Assembly (NCBI GenBank): GCA_022813865.1
Contig: JALDZX010000028.1
Coordinates: 248,001 to 293,385, forward strand
Length of the DNA: 45,385 bases
Direction of reading: 5' to 3'
Source: Xylographa opegraphella
Lineage: Eukaryota
The notes under the pieces were generated by a model. It was not told the origin of the DNA and did not search any database. It worked only from the letters and a program-made list of their open reading frames with translations. Positions 37,446 through 45,385 of the stretch are shown piece by piece. The position numbers and the translations under genes are program-made. Each line of letters begins with the position of its first letter. Position 1 is the stretch's first letter.

Positions 37446-37628
37446 ATGGGGTGGATATGCTGCAGTTGTGACTATGACAATTCAGATGTCGACGTCTGGT
37501 GCGGACATTGCAAGCACTACACTATCAACTGCACAGGTTGTTTCACATATAAGCAGATCAGGCCAGAGGTGATCGGGCCAGAAACGTGCCTCCGGAGGAA
37601 CGCAAGCAGTCACGATGCCCTGGAATGA
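37446..37628 (+). CDS. Candidate small Cys-rich zinc-ribbon-like protein (60 aa)
   Basis: AAGCATGG start context; W-x-C-C-x-C-x3-N-x6-C-x2-C-x-H-x4-C-x2-C pattern. Confidence 0.45.
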   Translation: MGWICCSCDYDNSDVDVWCGHCKHYTINCTGCFTYKQIRPEVIGPETCLRRNASSHDALE

Positions 37629-38521
37629 ATCGATGTCGGGAAGCCAGGGGTAGAAAGAAACAGGTTGGATAAGCGAAGAGAGCTTGACATGCGGTCAAAA
37701 TCGGCAGAAAAGATCATGTCGGTGAGGAGAACGGATTTGCATAACGTTAACATCAATGACCACTTGCGCCCCGTCCCGCGGATCCACTCCCTGCATGCTT
37801 GCGAACTTGTTGTCCGTCCTGCAGTCCTGATAATCAAGCGGCAGGCGCACTCTGCATGTCTTACCCAGGGCGGCCACTTTCAGCAAAGCCATTACGGACA
37901 ACATCATCCTCGAACGAGCATCGCATTGAGCTCGGCGACGCGAACATGGTCGGCAGCAGATGTATGCAACATTGACAGCTGAATGGCGCGTTCAACGGCT
38001 TCGCGCGGTGCGGCGAGCAGGGTCGGCTCGATGGATGAGTTGATGGAAGCTGTGCTTCACGAGAGAGGCGCACATCGTGCCTGTGGAGGAACACTTGTCG
38101 GCCTACCTCCTCGCTCACCCACCGCTTCCTGCGGCCGGTCAGAGAAGATTTCTGACGTTTCCTAGCGCAGCATGACGCGCTTGGCCGCGAACGGCGGAGG
38201 CAGCACAAAAGGAAAGGACTGCGTGTGCCCAAGCGAAGTTCCGCCGGGCGACAAACCGGCATAAGGCTGCATGAGCGATTCGGATGCACCTGGTGGCTCC
38301 GAGACCGACTCTGGTATGGGAGATCTTGATGAAGCAATGTTCGTACATTGTTCATTCCTCCGGAGTAGCGTACGGGGTCGAATGACGAGCATTCGTTGGC
38401 GGAAGGTGAGGAGATTGGGACGGGGCTTTCAGGCGGACGGCGGGTGAGCGACGGACAAAGTCCTCCGATTTCGAGGGGAATCCGCGTCGAAGGGGAGAAA
38501 TCCACATCTGACACGTGACGG

Positions 38522-38582
38522 GTGGTGATGGTGATGGTGATGGTGATGGTGATGGCGATGGTGATGGTGATGGTGATGGTGA
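38522..38582. repeat. (GGTGAT)n microsatellite, about 10 units
   Basis: Read directly, with one GGCGAT variant. Confidence 0.95.
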
Positions 38583-41219
38583 AGCTATCGGCGGATGGTG
38601 CGGGTTTCGATGTTCATGCGGAGACTCGTGCAAGCCGCCCGTGGCCAGCCAGCCGCGGGGGGGCTGCCGCCAAGCTCCAACAGTGGAGCCAGCAGGCAGG
38701 ATCCGACCTTGGGGGGAGGGGTGCGAGGTCGAGTAGGACCTGCACGGGGCCGCCAGCGGTGTCCGGCCGTGCTCACCACCTCGACCGTCTCCGGATGTGG
38801 AGATGGCTGCGAGTCCAGATACGGCCGTGGCCGATGCTCGGGTCAGGTACCGCAGCAGCGCCTGGAAGCCTGGGAGGTCGTGTCCCATGCTGCCGACGAC
38901 CGCATTCATGGTGGGCGACGACCACGGGCACGAGACCGCCGCGAAGGGATCCACAGCGGCTGGAAGGCAGAGGGGCAGGGTGGGAAGGAAGGGGGGGGGG
39001 GGGCTGATGGAGTCAAATCGTAAGAGATCTGCTTTTCATGGGGGCAGGGGCTGAAGGTTACCTAAAAGGTATCCACGGTAAGGTGAGGTAAGGTAGGTCC
39101 GGTCAAGCAATCACTAAGGGAAAAGAATGCATCACGCGGCCACCACTTTGCGGTGCTTCATCCTTTCGCGCCGTGTCGTTGCCCTGGGTGGGCGACAAGA
39201 GCACCAATCGATCAAATTGTTGCATTCTCATTCTGGGGAAATCCCCGACTGTGGACGATGGAATAATACGGAGGACAGCCATCAGAATGGCCCAGGCTAA
39301 GTATAGGTGCGAGCACCATGTGAGAGCCATGTGAGCCATGGGGGCGATGAGCGACGAACAAACAACCCACTGCCACTTGGTAGATACTACAGTACTTGGT
39401 ATTTCCACTACATCCACTACACAAGTCAGTGTAGGACCTGGAATGCTTGTCAGGAAGCCGCCCCCGCTGCAAGCACCACTAAACCGCCGACCGTCGACCG
39501 CCTAACACCTCCCCCCCCTCGCACCCCACCACCGCCCCTCCCCACCCCACCCCGCGGGCTCTGAACGCAATGCAGCGGCCAATCAGCAGCGTCGGTGTCG
39601 ACGCAGACTATTGCATTGCTGGAGTGGAAGGCCTCGTCCCTGCTCGCGGTGTTGTATCGTCCTTCCGCCTAGGGGTGCATGTGCGGAGCCTACCAATAAT
39701 AATGGTTGGGGAGGGGCGAGCAGTTCCCAGCCCGCAGCCCGCAGCCCGCAGGTCGCAGCCAGCAGTCAGTCAACAGTGAGCGGTGGAGCCGTCTGTCGCC
39801 GGTCTCGTGCAGCTTCTGAATTCGAGGCGGCGCTTCGCATGCGGATTTCATCGTAGCACTTGCCTGCCGCACAGGCGATGCCTCTCTTCTTGCGTCGCGC
39901 CCGCCGACCGGTGAGATCTAATGCCCGAGAGCTATGGGGGCGAGGGTGGGGTTTCCCTTCTCCAACACCGCTGCTCCACGCCGAGAGCCTGTCACCCCCC
40001 GGTTGTCATCCGATGCGCACGAGGGGGGCGACCCAGGGCGCTGTTCTGCACCGTCTGTCAGGAGTCCGGACGCAAGTCGATATGGTTCATCCTTCCTCCC
40101 GGAATCTGAAGCACGGCCGCCAATAGCTGGCCAGCCGGCCGGGAGGGTTCAGTCCAAGCTTGCGACGGGAGTGTGCCCCCATCGTCACTGGCTGCTGCAT
40201 GACATCGACTGACGACGTCCCTTCCCTCCCCATGCCTTTCCTTCCCTTTCCCTTCACCTCACCTCACCTCACCTCACCTTCTCCACCGCAAGCCAGCTCA
40301 AGCCAGCGTCACTCACCCCTCTCTGACTGGCGGCACTCGCGAACCCGGACCCAGACGCTAGCACACTCGTAGTGGCGTCTTTAATTTACAGCCGGGGGCG
40401 GATGTCAGTGGAGGGGGGATCTGGGTGCGAAGCGTTAACACTGAGCATGATCGAACACTGAACGCCGACCTCTCCCCCTCGCGTTCGTTGGTGGCATGTA
40501 GATGGCACTTGCACTTGCAGGGAAAGACCACGGGTGACGTGCGATGGGAAGCGTCGACGGCGAGGCAGCTTCGTCGGTCGAGGAGTTCCAGGACCTCATC
40601 CGGCTGGTGCTCGCCAGCGACGCTTGACTCGATCCGTGCATGCGGCATGGGCCCCAACAGGCACCGTGACTGCTCCCTCGAACACAGTACCTTACCTTAC
40701 CTGACTTGACTTGCACAGTACTATCAGGGTAAGCTTCTGAGCTCTGAGGGCCCGCCTGGCTGGAGCTGCTAATCCGCAATCCTAATGGCCGCTTCGGACA
40801 TGCCCCTGGCAGTGGAAGCACAATACCTTCCCTTCCCTTACCTTTCTTTACCTTTACCTTTCCCCAAATGGACAATAAATTAATACCTAATGATCAGGGT
40901 CACGAGGGGAGAAAAAGCGAGGCCAGCGCTAGTATGGGGCTAACTGACGAGCCGAAAAAGCTTCCCCTCAAAAGTCGAGTCGACGCCAGGGTCAAAGGGA
41001 AAGTTGGATAGGACTGTACCTCATAATCACTCAACTCTGCATCATTGCCTCTTCTCTCCTTCATCCTTCATATCCGCTTGCCTGCCCCCCTCCCTCAAAC
41101 GCCAGATTGTCCTCTAAATGCCCCTGTCTGGTCCGTGAGCCTGCCTATCTGCGCAAAACGAGTCAAAGCTTCTCGTTCACTAGGCGCACCCGGCCGCTGC
41201 ATCTCCCTACCGTATGCAC

Positions 41220-42236
41220 ACCTAGCACCCACATACATAACACCAACCGCCCACGAATAGTTACCCACCGTCCGATCCCCATCACCACCTAGGACTTACC
41301 CCGTTCCCGCAACGTCGTCACTCTCTCGTCCCTCGAAACAACGACGACTCCCTTCCTCCGAACCTGCCTTACCACAGCATCCACCGTCAAAGGCCTTGTT
41401 GTCAACCGGCGCCGATTTATCACTGACCTGCACCGTCCACCATATTGCACCCACCTCCGCCGCCCCCTCCTCCTTCTCCCCCCACCAAGGCCGGCTGCAA
41501 ACGCACACCCACCTCGAGCCTACTCATTCTGATTCTGGCTCTGTCGTCTTCCGCTCTTGACACTTTGTCCGCGTCTTTCTTGAGAAGGGCGCTCCGATCG
41601 TTCAGCTTGTTCGGTGGCTCCGCCTGACTGGGCGCGTTGCAAGTGAGACCGTTTCACCACACGACCTTCGGGAACCTGGTTGAGAACTCCTACAATCACG
41701 CAGGCTGTAAGTCCACGCCGAGCATCCAATTGCAAATTCCTTTTTGGCCGTTCAACCTTCACACGCGGTTGAGCATCTGCTACCGACTCCGCTGCCAGAA
41801 GCGGTTGCGTCCTGGGACGTGCATTCACTGAGTCGTTGGTCTGCAGCATTCATCGAGTCTCCGCCGAGGCAACATACAAGCTCACTGATCACGACCATTT
41901 TTCACAGATCTTTTTGTCTTTCCACCGTCGTTTTCACGCTCTCCCGAGCCATGTCACTCTATTGAAGTCTCCCAGCGATCAAGACACTCAGCTGTGCTCA
42001 CTCGGACAACAAAGTAGCCGACTCAAGTCGAAACTTTTGCAAGCACCTCAGCTCAAACCGCTGCCTCGTACAGCCATTCATTTCGCCCGGCCCCGCTCCC
42101 TTCGACGCCCAGAATCGCTCCGGACGGCTTCTCTCGCGGTCCCTATCCCTATTCGTCATCGGCTCTCGGACTCGTGCCCGCCATCTTCACAATAGCAGTT
42201 TTATAACAACGTCCTCGGGGCCGTGCAGCACCAATT
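41220..42236 (+). promoter_or_regulatory. Probable long GSK3 5' leader with intron 41707-41907 and uORF MSLY* (41951-41965)
   Basis: C/T-rich; only one ATG seen in about 1 kb; GTAAGT donor, ACTGAT branch-like site, TTTTTCACAG acceptor. Confidence 0.55.
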
Positions 42237-43750
42237 ATGTCGTCAGGCAGCCGGCCGGCGGCCTTTTCGAGCTTACGTATGGGGGGTGAGACGGATACGA
42301 ACTGCTTCTCAAGTCCAGGACATAGACTAATAAGGGTACAGAAGTTGTGCGCGAAAGGGTTCAAGATGGGCTTACGGGGGAAACGAGAGAGATGCAATAT
42401 ACACAATGCAAAATCGTGGGAAATGGCTCCTTCGGTGTCGTCTTCCAAACGAAGCTGGCCCCGAACGGAGAAGATGCAGCCATCAAGAGAGTGTTGCAAG
42501 ACAAACGCTTCAAGGTAGCGGTCGCGGTCCGCGAACTGTCGAGGCGGTGCTGATACGAGATAGAACCGCGAGCTACAAATCATGCGGATCGTCAGACATC
42601 CAAATATCGTGGAACTGAAAGCATTCTACTATTCGAACGGAGAACGGGTAGGTGATCCTGTCAAATCGGGCGTGCCTGATCGAAGAACCACTGACCTTTT
42701 CGTTCGCAACCCGCAGAAAGACGAGGTGTACCTGAATCTGGTGTTGGAGTTTGTACCAGAGACTGTCTACCGTGCGTCGCGTTTCTTCAACAAACTGAAG
42801 ACCACGATGCCCATCCTCGAGATCAAGATCTACATCTACCAACTTTTCCGTTCCCTGGCCTACATCCACTCTCAAGGAATCTGTCACAGGGATATCAAAC
42901 CTCAAAATCTCCTGCTCGATCCCAGTACAGGAGTCCTCAAGCTGTGCGACTTTGGTAGCGCCAAAATCTTGGTCGAGAATGAACCGAACGTGTCGTATAT
43001 CTGCTCGCGCTATTATCGTGCTCCGGAGTTGATCTTCGGCGCGACCAACTACACTACGAAGATCGGTGAGTAAAAGTGCATTCGTTGTGCTTGAGCCGGG
43101 CTTAATGTGGTTCAGACGTGTGGTCGACCGGCTGTGTAATGGCGGAATTGATGTTGGGACAACCACTTTTCCCTGGCGAGTCTGGAATCGATCAGTTGGT
43201 CGAGATCATCAAGGTACTGGGAACGCCTACGAGGGAACAGATTCGGACCATGAACCCAAACTACATGGAGCACAAATTCCCCCAGATCAAGCCCCATCCT
43301 TTCAACAAAGTATGTGCCTCCCTGCAGCTTGGGGCAATCACGGAACTGACCCCTCCCTTAGGTGTTCCGTAAGGCCACTCCAGATGCCCTCGATCTGATT
43401 GCTGCTTTGCTCGAATACACCCCTACTCAGCGTCTTTCCGCCATCGAAGCCATGTGCGATCCCTTCTTCAACGAGTTGCGCGAGCCGACATGTCGTTTTC
43501 CGGATTCGCGACATCCGAATGGCGCCTCAAAGGAGATGCCGAGTCTTTTTGATTTTTCGAGACATGGTGCCTTGCCCAATTCCGAGTCGCAGGCATACCA
43601 CTAACATTCGTCGCAGAGCTTTCGATTGCCCCTGAGATGAACGATCGTCTGGTTCCTCCCCACGCCCGGAAGGCTCTGAAGAGCAAGGGGATAGACCTGG
43701 ATGACTTTTCGCCCATGTCCAAGGACGAGATGATGGCCCGTTTAGACTGA
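42237..43750 (+). CDS. GSK3: Glycogen synthase kinase 3 (RIM11/MDS1 family), 6 introns
   Basis: [73 protein letters not shown]; stop TGA at 43750. Confidence 0.97.
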
Positions 43751-44006
43751 CCTACGACAAACGAAATGTGTGTCACGATTCACACGTTCTTCGCGACGAC
43801 TGGATGCCTTCGTATGGCTGCTTGCATCCCAGATCGCTCGCTTGGCGTTATTCTTCCTCCTGACAGAACAATAGAAGATACACGATCTTCAGCATTCCTG
43901 GCAGCATGGACTAAAAGCACTTCCTTGGCTTATTTACTCTCTGAGCGGTAAACCTAGTCAATCGGGGTCCTGAAGGAAAAAGTTGGGGCGAGAGGCCCTA
44001 CCTGTC

Positions 44007-44008
<2 letters not shown>

Positions 44009-44058
<50 letters not shown>
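44009..44058. repeat. (TG)n microsatellite, about 25 units
   Basis: Read directly, downstream of GSK3. Confidence 0.97.
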
Positions 44059-44066
<8 letters not shown>

Positions 44067-44959
44067 GGTGTATGCAGAATTTCAATCTATGGATGGCACA
44101 GAAGAAGGGGCACCCTCTGGGGATGCAATGGTTGGGATAGCACGTACGGTTACGGCCTATGACGTTTGTTGCGGAAAGCTATGTCCCCAATAGAAGGATC
44201 GATGGCGAGGCAGCTACTGTATGCTTTTATGCTTGAAAGATAGCTTCTCCTTTCTTTCCCAGGAAAGATCTCCGAAGCCACTCCTCTCTTACTTCCACTT
44301 GTCCTGCATGCTTCGTCTTTATACCATGATCAATTCCTTCCAAGGGCGGTACAGAGAGCCGAGACACTCAAACGTCTGTGTGCATCTATGTCTACCATGC
44401 TGAGGTTCTGAGGGTAAGAACCCGTAGCAGACATCCAATCAACGGGCCACCAAGCATGGCTCAGAAACGCATGGCTCAACTCCTGTCTTCTTTCTCCGAG
44501 GTCAATTGACCGCAATCGTTTTTGCCTCCGCTCTGACCACGTGAGAGCTGGCCGAATTCCGATTTCGGGATTGCATAAAGAAATCCAGGAATAGGTAAGT
44601 TAGATGATGAAAGCCCCATTCGCAGCTGCTTGGAATTGGTCCAGCCGACGACAACAGATATGGCTCCGCATTCGTACTTGTTTTGTGAGATCAGTTGCAA
44701 CGCTTCGTGGCTTGGTTTTCGCAGTGAAAGCACGTATGAGGCTGCTAGGACTATTTTATTCTTTGTGACGTCGTAATTCGAGCGGGAGATGAAACACCCA
44801 TATGAATCAGAACCGCTAGGAGCCTTTATTTACTTAATACCTTAGTCGGGATGTGCTGTATTCGTGTTACAATGATCGTAAGCACAATATCTAAGTAACG
44901 AACTAGGTAGTTCCTAGACAGTCACGTGGCTAACCAAAGCACTAGCAAAAAGCGAGACG

Positions 44960-45330
44960 TACTAACTATATTTAAACACTAATACGGCAACGCAATATAT
45001 TAATTATTTATATATTATTTATATGCTGCGGCATGGGTTGGTTAACCCACTGGGTTATGTGTTGGGTTGGGTCTGGGTTGGGCTGGGTTGGGTTGGGTTA
45101 ACCCAGTCGCATAATTATATAAAATTATACTATACATAAAATTTGTATAATAAATTTTTACAACCATTTTTATAGTAGTCGCGAATTTTTACGCCTGCGT
45201 GGTCTGTGGGCCTGCGTGGCCTGCGCGCATTTTATTATAATGGGCGCATTCATTAGGCCTGCGCGCATATTACACGCCTGCGTGGCCTGTGGGCCTGCGT
45301 GGCGTACGCGCATTTTATCATGATTGTAAC
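44960..45330. mobile_element. AT-rich, RIP-like degenerate transposon/MITE relic with GGGTT and GCCTGCGTGG repeats
   Basis: Abrupt TpA-rich composition; imperfect inverted ends TGCGGCATGGGTT..AACCCAGTCGCA around GGGTT repeats; four GCCTGCGTGG direct repeats. Confidence 0.5.
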
Positions 45331-45385
45331 GGCGTGTTACATGGCACCTTAACAAGTGATAGACGGAACGGGACTAAAGCGCGTC

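Noticed and set aside
36100..38500. Protein-looking minus-strand fragments suggesting a pseudogene
   Set aside because: No recognisable motif or consistent spliced model could be built.
38352..39054. Overlapping ORFs with SPSPSP, GDGDGD or MVMVMV tracts
   Set aside because: Products of the GGTGAT microsatellite and high GC content.
2..43750. A nutrient-signalling cluster (TSC2, Par32-like, PFK-2-like, GSK3)
   Set aside because: The genes are far apart and interspersed with unrelated housekeeping genes; nothing beyond chance supports a cluster.
45033..45105. Interstitial telomere
   Set aside because: The unit is GGGTT rather than the usual TTAGGG, and it is bounded by inverted ends.

Overview
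Gene-dense, intron-rich eukaryotic DNA from a filamentous ascomycete (Pezizomycotina-type GT..CTRAY..YAG introns); it is not prokaryotic and has no CRISPR array. Recognisable housekeeping genes in order: TSC2 (3' part), GET4, ALE1, VPS45, MTO1, RAI1/DXO, MOD5, CAF16, ELP2, a YLR345W-like PFK-2/FBPase-2, TOM40 and GSK3. Several spliced small genes are missed or fragmented by the ORF track. The most striking element is a minus-strand tRNA-Gly(CCC) gene (24056-24178) interrupted between the D-arm and anticodon stem by a 51-nt insert with full spliceosomal intron signals (GTTCGT..GCTAAT..CAG); removing it gives a 72-nt cloverleaf. Other highlights: a secreted, probably GPI-anchored protein with a truncated-haemoglobin-like motif pattern, an 81-aa Tyr/Ser/Asn/Gly repeat microprotein, an APC16/Apc9-like small protein, a decayed Zn2Cys6 transcription-factor relic, TACCT/AGGTA clusters in intergenic DNA, a long intron- and uORF-containing GSK3 leader, and an AT-rich transposon-like relic at the right end. 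Gene models and family assignments were read by eye; no searches were run.
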